Source: Diplonema japonicum (taxonomy: Eukaryota; Protista; Euglenozoa: Diplonemea). From it: a DNA stretch of 64,000 nucleotides. Each line of letters starts with the position of its first letter. Position 1 is the first letter of the stretch. The stretch covers positions 372,001 through 436,000 of the forward strand of contig OZ025670.1 of the NCBI GenBank assembly GCA_964019335.1. Direction: 5' to 3'. Below, in pieces: positions 34,116 through 45,286 of this stretch. Under the pieces are notes generated by a model, which did no database searches, was not told where the DNA came from, and saw only the letters and a list, made by a program, of their open reading frames with translations. The translations under genes and the position numbers were made by a program.

Positions 34116-34970
34116 CTTTTTCTTTTTTTCCTTGAGATTTCCCTTTTGACACATTTAAAGAACTGCTCCTTTCCTTGTTTCATTTCTTCTTGGGGCAAAG
34201 TACTTTTGGCAACCAAACTTTTTGCGGCCGTACATTCTGTTTTGAGGACGTTCTGATTTTTTTCCCCGTCACTGCTGATCAAATCTTCTTGCGTTGGGTT
34301 TTGCGTTGCAGTCTCTGCACGAAGCAAGTCACATATCAAAAGAGGTGGGCGGAAAAGTTTTTGGTCTCTAAAGTACTTTCTTCCTTTAGTTTATTTTGTA
34401 ACATTCCCACATCCCGCATTGGGAAAAAAAAAGAGGGCACGGAGAAAGAGAACCTACAATAATGCGGGAACGTTGAGTAAACCTGGTTTACTTTCTTCTT
34501 TTCATGTGGTGTTGAAAAAAATGCTTCTGAATTGTTTGGGGCAATTTTCCTGCTGCAGAACACCCTCTCTGAGGGAATCTGCTGCTCTTGTTTAACCGCG
34601 CTTTCTGGTGCTTCTTACTCTACACCCCACGTGTCTTTCTTTTTTCCTGTCTACCCGTCTCACCCTTTTTCAGTTTTGCAGCCCCCTCCAAAAAAAATCA
34701 GAAGCAAACGAAAGAAGCAACCACTTCAATTTAAATAGGAAATGAAAGAAAAAGAAAGAGTTCGAAAGCCAGAGGAGTAAGCTCTCTAAAAGCTATCCTC
34801 GACCCCCTTCCAAGACCCCGTCTCCCCTATTTGACTTTGTCTCTGTTTCACCAGTCCCCTTCCCTCCGTTAGTTATTTGCTCGTTTTCGTATTTTATTAT
34901 TGTATTGTCACTTTCATCTGATTACTTTCATTCAGCCGATCCAGATTATCCCCCGCCGCTGATTCTCACA

Positions 34971-35052
34971 GGCGAGATGGCCGAGCGGTCTAAGGCGTTG
35001 CGTTAAGGCCGCAATCTCTTCGGAGGCGTGGGTTCAAACCCCACTCTCGTCA
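34971..35052 (+). tRNA. tRNA-Leu(AAG), identical second copy
   Basis: 82 nt identical to 34034-34115, followed by CTTTTT. Confidence 0.96.
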
Positions 35053-35079
35053 CTTTTTATTGTTCAACGCACAGGCAAA

Positions 35080-35895
35080 ATGTGGACTCAGACAGGATTG
35101 CAGAGGCCAAGCTATGATTTGTGTACAATGCTTGAAAACCGTGCGAAAAAAAGGCAGCAAAGCATACTGAACGCTTGCATAAGTCGTGAACCGAATGGCG
35201 TAGCAATACCCGAGCACATTGTGCTACCGAAGCTGCATAAGAGGCGTGAAGGTCAGAGAAGGGCGCCACAGGCGCGGAAGAAAAAGAAGCATGTTGCAAT
35301 GACGCGGAAGACTACAAAGAAGGTGGTCGAGATGAGTTTGCCGCCTTTGGTGCCGACATCGCGGGTTGGAGGGTCTCTGTCAGGTGACCATAACATGTCG
35401 AAGGAAAAAAAGGTGATTTTACAGTGGGCAATTATGAACGAAAGAGCCATTGGGGATTGTCCTGTGACACTAGAAGATGTTGAAGAAGCTAAAACAAGAA
35501 GATTAAAAGCACGAAAAAAATCAAGCCCGAGCGACTCAGAGACAGATATACAGGACACTGATGCACGATGGAAAGCGCAACTCAGAGTAGACGTTTATCC
35601 AACTCCAGAGATAACGACACCCGTTGGGTCGCTCGGGTACGGTGACATCATCGTTGAAACCGCTTCCAAACCTAATTGGGTGAAGTGCACCCAAGGATGG
35701 GTTCCTGTTATTAACCCTTCTCTCACTTGTGTCGTCTACCTCAATAAAATGCAGAACGTCCGGCCCTCCTATCTCAGCTCTTTTATGCTCAGCCAGTTAG
35801 ACGACATCACAGCTAGGGTCACGACTCTTGTAGCACCATCCACCCCTCACACACCCGCATCGTCTCTCGCCCGTGACAGTGTCGTACTGCCGTAA
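35080..35895 (+). CDS. Hypothetical basic protein with possible SH3b-like segment (start uncertain)
   Basis: 271-aa ORF. VDVYPTP.....VGSLGYGDIIV....NWVKCTQGWV resembles an SH3b-type pattern. Confidence 0.6.
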   Translation: MWTQTGLQRPSYDLCTMLENRAKKRQQSILNACISREPNGVAIPEHIVLPKLHKRREGQRRAPQARKKKKHVAMTRKTTKKVVEMSLPPLVPTSRVGGSLSGDHNMSKEKKVILQWAIMNERAIGDCPVTLEDVEEAKTRRLKARKKSSPSDSETDIQDTDARWKAQLRVDVYPTPEITTPVGSLGYGDIIVETASKPNWVKCTQGWVPVINPSLTCVVYLNKMQNVRPSYLSSFMLSQLDDITARVTTLVAPSTPHTPASSLARDSVVLP

Positions 35896-36053
35896 AGACC
35901 CTTTTCTTTTTTTCCAAACAGAAAAGGGGTAGAATTTCCTTTCTGCTGATTGTCATACACGTCTCGTTACAATTGCAACGAGTACTCATGAAAGAAAAAA
36001 AAATGAAAAAAGAACTATAAGAAAAGAGAAAAAAAAAGAAGGGAGGGAGGGAA

Positions 36054-37307
36054 ATGGCTGATTCGGATGAGGAGTACACTTTCGAGCCCGCCGTCATCAT
36101 CGACAATGGAAGTGGGGCATTGAAGGTGGGTATGGCGGGAGATTCGAGACCGCAGGCGATTATCCCAAACTTGGTGGGCCGGCCGCACAAGGGGAGATCA
36201 CTTTTGAAGAAGAAGAAAGAAGAAGATGAGCAAGACGTGTATATTGGAGACGAGGTGCTGGAGAAGGCAGGAAGGATCAACATCACATACCCAATGGAGA
36301 ATGGAATTGTGAAAGAGTGGACAGACATGCAGACGCTATGGGAGCATGCATACGATGAAATAGAAGAGGATCCTAAGGACCAACCGGTGTTACTGACAGA
36401 GGCCCCGTTCAACCCGAGGAAAAACAGGGAAAAGATGATTGAAATCATGTTCGAGGCGATGGAGGTCCCTGCTCTCCAAATCAAAATGCAGGCCCTCTGT
36501 TCCCTATACGCCAGTGGGAAGACCACAGGCATTGTGCTCGACTCCGGCGACGGAGTGACTCATGCCGTCCCTATCTTCGAAGGCTTCGTGGACAAGAACG
36601 GAATCCAGCGGTCGAATATCGCAGGGAGAGAGATCACTTCCTACTTGCAACGACTTTTATTCCAAAAAGGATACAATTTCTCAACTCCACGTGAGGTGCA
36701 ATTCGTGCAAGAGATCAAGGAGGCAAGCTGCTACGTCGCTCTCGACATGATGGAGGAGGAGGAAAAGCAAGATGATGAAATAGAGGTACTGTCAAGCAAC
36801 GGAAAAAAAAGAAAAAGAAAAACTCCCTTTAAAGTACTCGCATACCCTTCCTGACGGCCAAAAGGTGACCCTCACAGAGGAGCGATACAAGGCCTCTGAA
36901 GCCCTCTTCGATCCGACCAGGATTGACAGCGAGGCCCCCGCCCTCCACCAAATGGTGTGGAGCACTATCCAGTCTTCTGCCATCGACAATCGTGCAGGGA
37001 TGATGGCAAACATAATCCTAAGTGGGGGGAACACACTGTTTCCTGGGATAGATAAAAGGCTGCAAGAAGAAGTATCCACGTTGAAAGGACCTGGTGGGGC
37101 GGCCATCGTTAAGGTGTCGGCCGACCCTGCACGTGCTGAAAGCGTGTTTGCTGGTGCTGCGGTATGATGGAGGGTGTTGACAAAAAAACAAAACAAGAAA
37201 AACAAAAATAGGTCCTTGCTTCCCTTCCCTCTTTTAACTCTGAATGGCTCACAGCCGAAACCTACGATGAAGAAGGCATTAATGCGGTGGAACATTGCTT
37301 CAGCTGA
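36054..37307 (+). CDS. Actin-like / actin-related protein, 3 exons
   Basis: VIIDNGSG, YPMENGIV, VLLTEAPFNP, LDSGDGVTH, NIILSGG. Introns 36786-36834 and 37162-37211 restore TLPDGQ and VLASL...W...YDEEG. Confidence 0.93.
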
Positions 37308-37606
37308 AATCTCTACAGAAATACGGGGGAGGAAAAAAAAAAGAAGAAAGAAAGAGGGAAAAAAAAAAGCGAGAACCCTTGCCTTGTCTTTTTATATTTC
37401 TTTTCTTTCACAATGGAATCCATTCATTTGGATAGGCACCCTACCAACCCCCCAATAGATCAGGCCCCCTTTCATATTACCCCTATAGGGGATTCTCTCC
37501 CCACCCCCTTTTTTTTTGACAGACGTAAAACTAGTGTCCTTGATATATATATATATATTTTTTTTTTATATTTGCTCCCTGGTTTTCATTCCCACTCTTT
37601 GTCAGA

Positions 37607-37894
37607 ATGGCAAATGTAAAAAATGGAGGTAAACTGCGGAGTTGCAGAGACACTCATGTATGGAAGAAGACGCCAGAGCTAGCAGTATTGCTGTGGGCAG
37701 CGGAGCAGGCGGTTCCCTGTCCCATCCCAGTCGACGTCGTAGAAAATGTATGGGGTTTTTTGGGGGTCTCCTGCGATCACGTGGGAAGTTCCGAACAGAC
37801 GATGACTTCACACGATATGTGGCGAAGACTGATCATCTGTCCAAAATGCCACATGGAGGTACGGGTTATAGAAGAGGGCCCTTTCTTTTGCTAA
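37607..37894 (+). CDS. Small hypothetical protein with CxH...CxxC motif
   Basis: 95-aa ORF directly after a pyrimidine-rich tract and CAG acceptor; CDH and CPKC. An overlapping alternative frame exists. Confidence 0.5.
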   Translation: MANVKNGGKLRSCRDTHVWKKTPELAVLLWAAEQAVPCPIPVDVVENVWGFLGVSCDHVGSSEQTMTSHDMWRRLIICPKCHMEVRVIEEGPFFC

Positions 37895-38092
37895 ATTTAC
37901 CACTTACAAAAACAAAAACAAAAACAAAAAAGAAGAAGAAGATGGGCAGGGGGAGTTGTATCGACGTCCAATTCACACAGACTTCCCATAAACTTTCTCT
38001 CTTCCCACCCGCCCCTCTTCTTTTGACTATACGCTGCGAGGATGGGGGAAAAAATAAGAAGGAAGGAGGGAGGAAAAAAAAAAGGGGGGGAA

Positions 38093-39277
38093 ATGACGAC
38101 GCCAGGCTGTCGCAGCGGGCACACCATCACCGCTTTAACAGATTGCAACGTATTGTTTGGAGGTTTGGTTACCAGGGATGATAAAGAAGTGTGCAGCGGG
38201 GAGACGTTCACGCTGCAAGGAGACAGGTTGAAATGGAAAAAAATCGAAGCCAAGGGGAAGCCGCAAGAGGTCTTCGCACACTCCGCAGCGGTGACAGGGA
38301 TAGGCTGCACCGGGTTGACTGTGTTCGGGGGGATGAAAAGCGGAGGAGAACTGACCAATCAACTTTCTGTTCTTCGTGGCCTATCCACGAAAGAACCTTT
38401 CTGGGAGGTCATCAGAACACCAGTCTCTTCTACACCTTGCCCAAGGTGGGGGCACACCGCGGTTCGCATCCCTTTCAAGGGCAACATGCTAATCTTCGGA
38501 GGCATGTCCGCAACAGGGGCCTTGAACGACGTTTGGATCTACAGAGCAGACGAAAAAAGATGGGAACAACCAGAATGCAACGGAAAGCCTCCTTCAGCTC
38601 GCCGCAGGCACACCGCTGCCATCCACAAAAGCACGATGTACGTCTTCGGCGGCAGAGACTCCAATGGAACACACTTCAACGATCTTCACAAGCTGGATCT
38701 CAACACTCTCGAATGGGAAAAATGCGACGTAAGCTTTGGTGTCAAACCAGACTGCCGAGTAGGCCACACAGCTAGTGTCATTAACAACAGCCTCGTCGTG
38801 TACGGCGGCAGCAGCATGCAGGCCTCTTTGGAGTCCGGTTACAAGGTGAACAATGATGTTTATATGCTGGATTTGAGCAAGGAAGGCAAGCTCGCTTGGA
38901 CAAGGATTCCTCAGGAGCTTCCGTCGCGCACGATGGCCGCTTCATTAACGGTAGGCACCACCATGTACGTGTTCGGGGGTCGTGATGCATCCAGACCTCA
39001 CTCCTCGCTGTTTTCCCTTTCTCTCCCGCTGCTTAAAAAAGGTCTCGGGAACAGTGCTGCGAAGAAGAAGGTTGTTGACATCTGCAGCGCACCAGCCACT
39101 ACCCCCACGCCTGTTTTCAAACGGGCTGCTTCCACTTCTCCATTCACTTCTACACTGACGGCCACTCCTGAAGAACAAGTATCCCACACGCCCGACTCTC
39201 CGTTTTCTTCCTTCGCCAAGTCTCGTATGCGCAAGATGGCTGCAGTCGAGCCCATGTCCCCGACACCTTTGTTTTAG
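38093..39277 (+). CDS. Kelch-repeat beta-propeller protein
   Basis: Repeated (R)xGH(T/S)A...(V/I)FGG...ND...W units. Confidence 0.92.
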   Translation: MTTPGCRSGHTITALTDCNVLFGGLVTRDDKEVCSGETFTLQGDRLKWKKIEAKGKPQEVFAHSAAVTGIGCTGLTVFGGMKSGGELTNQLSVLRGLSTKEPFWEVIRTPVSSTPCPRWGHTAVRIPFKGNMLIFGGMSATGALNDVWIYRADEKRWEQPECNGKPPSARRRHTAAIHKSTMYVFGGRDSNGTHFNDLHKLDLNTLEWEKCDVSFGVKPDCRVGHTASVINNSLVVYGGSSMQASLESGYKVNNDVYMLDLSKEGKLAWTRIPQELPSRTMAASLTVGTTMYVFGGRDASRPHSSLFSLSLPLLKKGLGNSAAKKKVVDICSAPATTPTPVFKRAASTSPFTSTLTATPEEQVSHTPDSPFSSFAKSRMRKMAAVEPMSPTPLF

Positions 39278-39486
39278 ATTTTCTTTTTTTGCTAGATATT
39301 CCTCTTTTTTTGTTTTTGTTTTGCCACTCTATTATTCCTTTCAATTAGATAGATGGGATGTCTTATTAGATTTTTTATCTCCCCCCCTGTATCATATTTT
39401 TAGTTACCCCCCCCCCCCCGCCCATAACTGCTTTAAACGGAAAGAAGTTACTCAAAACGCAGGTTTACCCTTGAAGGAAAAAAGAA

Positions 39487-40680
39487 ATGTCGAAATCTAG
39501 GAGTGTGCTCACCCGCGGCACTCAGAATCTGGGGTTGAAACATCAGGGTAATCTACAGAAGAGCGACAGCTCGGCGGTGCAGCTGCTTGTGGAAAAGTAC
39601 GGGCATGCTCGGGATTTAAAAGGGATGCCTGAGTATATGGAGAAGCTGTGCTGTACTCACCATGTGGTTGAGAAGATGTGGTCGAAGGCACTTTCATTGG
39701 CTGGGAGGCAGGAGGACACCCAGATGGCAAAGGAGGTATTGAGGATGATGAAGATAAGAGAAGTCCCATTAGATGCTTACTCATACAGCTGCTTGCTCGC
39801 AGTGTACAAACGCAACTGGCGGGCCATCAACAATATACTGTACCAGATGAAGGTGTCGGGGTTGGAGCTCGACATCGGGAATCGATGCCAGGTCATCGGC
39901 GCGATCAGATTCCGGAGTGACCTCTCTTTGCAAGAAATTCAAACCGAGGCTAATATCCATTACGAAAAAGCCTTGGCCGCCCATCCTGGTGAGAATCTGG
40001 AGCGTGTCCACCTAGTTATGATGACAGCCTGCAGTAATTACAGCGAGGCTGTCAAGTACAGAGGTGTTTTAAGATCACCCGATACCCAGCATGTATACAA
40101 CGCGCTGCTTAGTGTGTGCAAGCGGTCAGAGGACCCCGAATCTGCGTTATTCCTTATCTCGAAAGAGATGGTGCGGAAGGGGTTCACCGTGGATTCCGAT
40201 CACTGGGCAATGGTCTTCGCGTGTTACTGTCGGGACATGAAGGGGCTACACGAAGCCTGGAAAAATATGCGGCGGAAAATCCCCCTCCGCGAGGTGGATC
40301 TCGGTGCTTACACGGCGTTTATACGCAGTTGTACCGTTGATGCACTCGAGTCTGCCGAGCTTCGATTTGCCGAAGCTTTAAACAGGGGTTTTGCAACAGA
40401 GTCCTCTCTTTGGCACACAATGCTAAAGCTGTACATGGCACACGGCGAAGACGTCAAGTTCTACGCCCTCTTCTCGCGCATGTTGCTTTTCAAGATCACT
40501 CCTCGCTCCGACGTCCACCGGTACTACTCTCAGCTCCGCTTGACCGAACCCAAGCAAGCTGCTCCGGACTTCCTTACAACGCGATTCGTTGCGAATCTCC
40601 AAAACGAAGAGTTCGAGGACTCCTACTGGAAGCACGGTCGAGGGCATCGTGCTTCGTATCCTGTCATAGAAGTATTGTAA
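39487..40680 (+). CDS. PPR-like repeat protein, probably mitochondrial
   Basis: Helical repeats DAYSYSCLLAVY, DTQHVYNALLSVC, DLGAYTAFIRSC, LWHTMLKLY. Confidence 0.75.
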   Translation: MSKSRSVLTRGTQNLGLKHQGNLQKSDSSAVQLLVEKYGHARDLKGMPEYMEKLCCTHHVVEKMWSKALSLAGRQEDTQMAKEVLRMMKIREVPLDAYSYSCLLAVYKRNWRAINNILYQMKVSGLELDIGNRCQVIGAIRFRSDLSLQEIQTEANIHYEKALAAHPGENLERVHLVMMTACSNYSEAVKYRGVLRSPDTQHVYNALLSVCKRSEDPESALFLISKEMVRKGFTVDSDHWAMVFACYCRDMKGLHEAWKNMRRKIPLREVDLGAYTAFIRSCTVDALESAELRFAEALNRGFATESSLWHTMLKLYMAHGEDVKFYALFSRMLLFKITPRSDVHRYYSQLRLTEPKQAAPDFLTTRFVANLQNEEFEDSYWKHGRGHRASYPVIEVL

Positions 40681-40738
40681 GTCTGCTGGCTTTACATTGG
40701 TATTCGCAAGCGTTTTTGTCATTCATACGGCACAACAG

Positions 40739-42418
40739 ATGAGATGTTCCAGGGTGCTCCGATGGCCTATCGAGACCGCAGCCTTGGACAGGCTCCTCTC
40801 TAACAACGTGCCTATTCGCGGCGGGGTGCTGAAGAAGCTGCTGCAGCATGATGCTGATGGCGTGAAATACCTCAAGGCGAGGTTTCAAATGGGAAAGAGA
40901 GACATGCCCGGTGTAGGATACAAGGAATATGCAGGGCTTCGTAGGGGCTTAGAGGACGTGATGGGAGGGCTAAGGAGAGGGGGCGTGGCTGGGGAGAGAA
41001 CGTACATCACAATGCTGACGTTGTGCAACAAGTTGAACTTCAGAAGCAAGACAGCAACGGCGCTAGTACAACACGCGCAGGCTGACGGTGTCCGGCTCTC
41101 TGCTGAAGCATTTGTTGAAGTACTGCGCTCTGCGACGGGCAAAGAGGGCAGTTTGAACACGATCACCCAAACCTTGCGCCTCATGGCTGCACAGAACGAG
41201 CCCATCAACCCCAACGTCACGTACTCTATCCTACGGGCACTCGGCTCGTGGGGCTCCAACGAGTTGGTGTTCAAAGTTGCGACAACCTTGACTGTGGGAC
41301 ACATGGCCGCAGCAGTCCCGTACTCTATCCTGTTGGGCGCCTGCTCGACTCCTTACCAGGCGTTGGTGATAGCACGCGACATGCAAGCTAGGAACCTGCG
41401 GCTTGACACAGCGTGCTACATCGCGATGTTCGGGTGCTGTGTGCGGGCAGCGAACGTGGACGTCGCTGAGAAAATGTTTGAATGCATCCCGGAGGCGCAG
41501 GGGAAGGCCGAGTACTGGGAGAGGCTGGGTGCCGTGTACCATGCTGCAGGAGACGTCGTGGGTGTTGAAAACGTGGTCCTGCGTTCCTTGGAGTGCGGGA
41601 TGGCAGTCTCGGAGAGGCTGTTTGTGCTGCTGATTTCAAGCTATGCCCGTTGCGGGGATATGCGCAACCTTCGTGATGCTTTTGTGTCCTTCCCGGAATT
41701 CCAAGACCTGTGGAGTGTGCAAGTAGAGCTCATGACCTGCTGTGCCGTCTTAGGCGACACGGCCACCGCAGATGCCGTCTGGGACGCACGCCCGCAGTCA
41801 TCCGCTCATTCCCAGAAGGTTTCTCTGACGCAGTTGTACAGGTACCGTGAAGCGTACTTGGTTGCAAAGTTATCGCAGACGAGAGGCGCGTGGTCGGTGA
41901 TGGCGACACTCATGGCGCACCACTCTGTGGGGCACGCGTCCTACTGCCTGCTGTACGCAGGAGCACGCAGGGTAAGGGAGAACTCTAAATTCGGTCTCAA
42001 GGCCTTAGTTGCTCTCACACAAAGGCTGCGCACTGCTCTCCCCCCAACAAAAGCCATTCTCCCTGTGCATGGGAACTTGAAGTCACCTGAAATCGACCGA
42101 GTGACGTATGCCATGTCCTTGGAGGATGACCCCCCGCGATGTCTTCACGTCAGCTCCCGTCACAGCCCCTCTTTCGCCGAAGGGGCTGCTCCTGAGTTCA
42201 CATCGGTGAGCCCCCCGATTGGTGAGCCCACCACGTTGGCTGCTGTCCTCGACGCGATGCTGAAGGGTGTCAGGACTGAGGGCTTCGAACATGAAGATGA
42301 AGAAAAGTACGATGATGATGATGATGCTTATGATGATGATGATGATTACAACGATGGGTACAGCACACTCGAGAAGGAAGTCAGTGAGTTGCTGGCAGGT
42401 TTAATGCCTGCGGTGTGA
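40739..42418 (+). CDS. PPR-like repeat protein with targeting-peptide-like N-terminus and acidic tail
   Basis: Starts MRCSRVLRWP. Repeats ERTYITMLTLC, VPYSILLGAC, DTACYIAMFGCC, LFVLLISSYARCGD. Confidence 0.75.
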   Translation: MRCSRVLRWPIETAALDRLLSNNVPIRGGVLKKLLQHDADGVKYLKARFQMGKRDMPGVGYKEYAGLRRGLEDVMGGLRRGGVAGERTYITMLTLCNKLNFRSKTATALVQHAQADGVRLSAEAFVEVLRSATGKEGSLNTITQTLRLMAAQNEPINPNVTYSILRALGSWGSNELVFKVATTLTVGHMAAAVPYSILLGACSTPYQALVIARDMQARNLRLDTACYIAMFGCCVRAANVDVAEKMFECIPEAQGKAEYWERLGAVYHAAGDVVGVENVVLRSLECGMAVSERLFVLLISSYARCGDMRNLRDAFVSFPEFQDLWSVQVELMTCCAVLGDTATADAVWDARPQSSAHSQKVSLTQLYRYREAYLVAKLSQTRGAWSVMATLMAHHSVGHASYCLLYAGARRVRENSKFGLKALVALTQRLRTALPPTKAILPVHGNLKSPEIDRVTYAMSLEDDPPRCLHVSSRHSPSFAEGAAPEFTSVSPPIGEPTTLAAVLDAMLKGVRTEGFEHEDEEKYDDDDDAYDDDDDYNDGYSTLEKEVSELLAGLMPAV

Positions 42419-42491
42419 CGACCTCTTTTTTTTTCATTTCTTGTTTATTTTTTTATAGAATTCTCAAGCCGCCGCGCAGTTGGGAGGAAAC

Positions 42492-43352
42492 ATGAAAACA
42501 GTTAAACCAAGAGAGTTAAAGAACCCGAGGGAAGCGAAGAACCCAAAGGAAATCAAAAGCCCGCGAACGCCAGCAAGGAAGGGGTCCTTTTTCGACGAGT
42601 ATGCGAAAAAAGCTGTGACGGACGGGAGGAGGAAGGATGGGGATTTGGCAGCTGCTGTAGGGCTCTTGGGGAAAGTGGGCGATCTGTCAGCGGAGATGGT
42701 GCGGCTGAGGGGCGCGGAGAAGGAAAGGGTGAAGGAGAGGGACGAGGCGAAGAACGAAGCAGGAGGGCTCAAGAAGCAGGTCAAAAGCTTAAAAAAAAGC
42801 GCGATCCTACAGCGCAAGCTGGAAGTGACTGCAGCAGAGACACAACACAGGTCAACGTTGCTCTGGTCACACCAACAAACCCTCATCACCTTTGACAGGT
42901 TGTTTGAGTGGACCAAACCGGTACCAAAATCTACCTTTACCGCCATCCACGACACACAAGATGAAGAGAACTGCGCAAGATCGGTCATAGTAGTGGGACA
43001 GGCGGAAGACTGGCGTGAGATCCTCGTCGGGGTACGAGCGCTTAGGACTATGGGTTCAATGGCTGCTGATCACAAAACAGCTTCGCAGGTAGCTTCCCTC
43101 AGAGCTGCTCTTGTGAAGCTTGAGATATCGGACATTGAAAAATCGAGGGAAGTGAGGAACTTGAAAGGACAGATTGCTGCTTCTTCCACATCCCCTGTTC
43201 TTTCCTCTCAGGCTATAACCCCAGAGAGCCATGAGTTGCTTTCCCCTCCACAGCATTTGTTGACATCCCCACCAATTACACATATCGACGCCCTTCGCTC
43301 TCGTGCTCGGGTTGCAGGTATCGCACAAGCACGTGCCCTGCTCGGCAGGTGA
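42492..43352 (+). CDS. Hypothetical coiled-coil protein
   Basis: ORF after a pyrimidine tract and TAG acceptor; heptad-rich. Confidence 0.7.
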   Translation: MKTVKPRELKNPREAKNPKEIKSPRTPARKGSFFDEYAKKAVTDGRRKDGDLAAAVGLLGKVGDLSAEMVRLRGAEKERVKERDEAKNEAGGLKKQVKSLKKSAILQRKLEVTAAETQHRSTLLWSHQQTLITFDRLFEWTKPVPKSTFTAIHDTQDEENCARSVIVVGQAEDWREILVGVRALRTMGSMAADHKTASQVASLRAALVKLEISDIEKSREVRNLKGQIAASSTSPVLSSQAITPESHELLSPPQHLLTSPPITHIDALRSRARVAGIAQARALLGR

Positions 43353-43512
43353 AACATTGTATTTTTATATATCCCCCCCCCCTTCTTCGATACAGATATG
43401 TAGAAAGGCCCTTATGGTTCTTTGTTTTTCTTTTCTCTTCTTCCTCTGTCTTCAGTCTCTTTTTTGCGATTTCCTTCCTCTGTCCTTTTTTTCTTCTTCT
43501 TCTTTTTTCTTT

Positions 43513-43547
<35 letters not shown>

Positions 43548-43717
43548 TTCCATCCCGTATTGTGTTATACCTTTGCAGGACTTATTATTTTCGATGAGTT
43601 GATTCGCTTTCTCCCCCCTCCTCCCCAGTGGTGATATCTTTTTTTTACGAACTTAACCCTTTAGAAACGGCTGGGCCCTCCTGGCAAGAATTGAAACTTC
43701 AAAAATAAATTCCACCA

Positions 43718-43754
<37 letters not shown>

Positions 43755-44540
43755 AAGAACGAGTCTTTGACTTGTCTAAACAAAAGGGGAACGTTGGCAA
43801 CGTGTTTCGGGTTGACAAACTTCTCCAGGTTTTACCCGGCACGTACAAACAACGGCCAGTTCCTCTTTTTGGCAACCCCATAGCAAACTACCTCTTTGAG
43901 GTCAGGGGGATGCCAAGTGAAAATCGAAAAATAAAAAGAAAGAAACCCCCCCCCCCCCCCCAGAGCCTTATTTACAAAACTCGTTTCTAGAGGGCTAAGG
44001 AAAAAAAGAAAATAAATTGGAAGAATCACAACCCCCCCTCCCCCTATTTCTTTTCCTTATAAAAAACAAAAAAGGGGACTGGTACCCTCTCAAGTTGTAC
44101 TATAGGCTACCTTACCTATTATTTGTGACTTAGTTTTTTTTTTTTTTTTTTTTTTTATCCTCTTGCTGGAAAACCCCGCTATTTCCCATACACCAGCGGT
44201 CTTTTCCCTTTTCTTTTCGTTCCCATGCAAAGTGACGGAGCATTGACAAGTATCTTTAAAAAATAAATAAAGGGGTGAGAGTCCCGTGCATCTCAGCAAG
44301 CCCATCGTCCGTATCTTTTTTTTCTTTTTTCTTTCTTTTTTTTTTTTTTTTGGGAAAGGCGCAAAATGCAATTCGGGTTCCTCCTACATAGAACAGGTCA
44401 AGCCCTCTGGTTCACATTCTTTTCCTACCCCTCATTCCCCCCCCCCCCCCCCCCCCGGCAAAGGCACACCAACATTACTTTAAAAGGCGCACACACCGCA
44501 ACAAAAAAAAAACAAAAAAAAAAAAGAAAATACTAATAAG

Positions 44541-45233
44541 ATGCCGCCCCTGCACCTGCACGGAGGGAACAGAAGTCAACGCCCGCATCATGTTGTGAAA
44601 AAGAAGGATCTTCCCATTAAACACGAACAGCCGTGTCTACACAATGATTGGGACAACGTGCGCATCAAGAAGGGAAACCACTCCTTAAGGTGCAGGGAGT
44701 GCCAAGCGCAATGGAGGGTTCACCACTCTTACTTCACAAGATGCATTCCTTTTTTGAAGGGAAGGTGCGATTTGGGGATGAAATGCCCCAACGTGCATCT
44801 GAACCAGTACAAGGAAGGTCTGGAAGAGAGGCGGAAGCGTTTCGGGGACACGGTGCTTACAGGGGTTCCGGGGAAGATCCTTTGCTCCCATGGGATTGAG
44901 GGGGAGGGCGAGGAGCTCAACGCCACGCTGCCGCAATCCCAGCATCCTCCGCTGGTCGCCCCGTCGAAATCACTGCAACGTAACCTGTCGAACGTGTCAG
45001 TGCAGTCCTTGCAGTCACTCCCATCTACTATGTCTCTTCACTCTCGGGGTTCGAATGTCTCTTCTTCGGTTTGTTCGCCGAGCAACTACTACGCACAAGC
45101 TGCCTCATCTTCGGTTTTATCTGTGCAGACCCTTTACAAGTCCCCTACACGAACCCCTTCACCGCCTGTTACGGACCCTTTGGAAGACGACGACGACAAT
45201 GAGGGTGTTATGCAGTTGACAGATGAGGTATAA
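44541..45233 (+). CDS. Zinc-finger protein (CxH...CxxC plus CCCH), putative RNA-binding
   Basis: CLHNDWDNVRIKKG..LRCRECQ followed by C-x7-C-x5-C-x3-H (CIPFLKGRCDLGMKCPNVH). Ser-rich tail. Confidence 0.8.
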   Translation: MPPLHLHGGNRSQRPHHVVKKKDLPIKHEQPCLHNDWDNVRIKKGNHSLRCRECQAQWRVHHSYFTRCIPFLKGRCDLGMKCPNVHLNQYKEGLEERRKRFGDTVLTGVPGKILCSHGIEGEGEELNATLPQSQHPPLVAPSKSLQRNLSNVSVQSLQSLPSTMSLHSRGSNVSSSVCSPSNYYAQAASSSVLSVQTLYKSPTRTPSPPVTDPLEDDDDNEGVMQLTDEV

Positions 45234-45253
45234 TAAATAATACCAAATAATTA

Positions 45254-45286
<33 letters not shown>

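Noticed and set aside
34788-34867. U6-like sequence on the minus strand about 100 bp upstream of tRNA-Leu (ACAGAGA, ends GATAGCTTTT)
   Set aside because: The position is suggestive, but the AGC triad, internal stem-loop and 5' hairpin of U6 are missing. An Infernal search would settle it.
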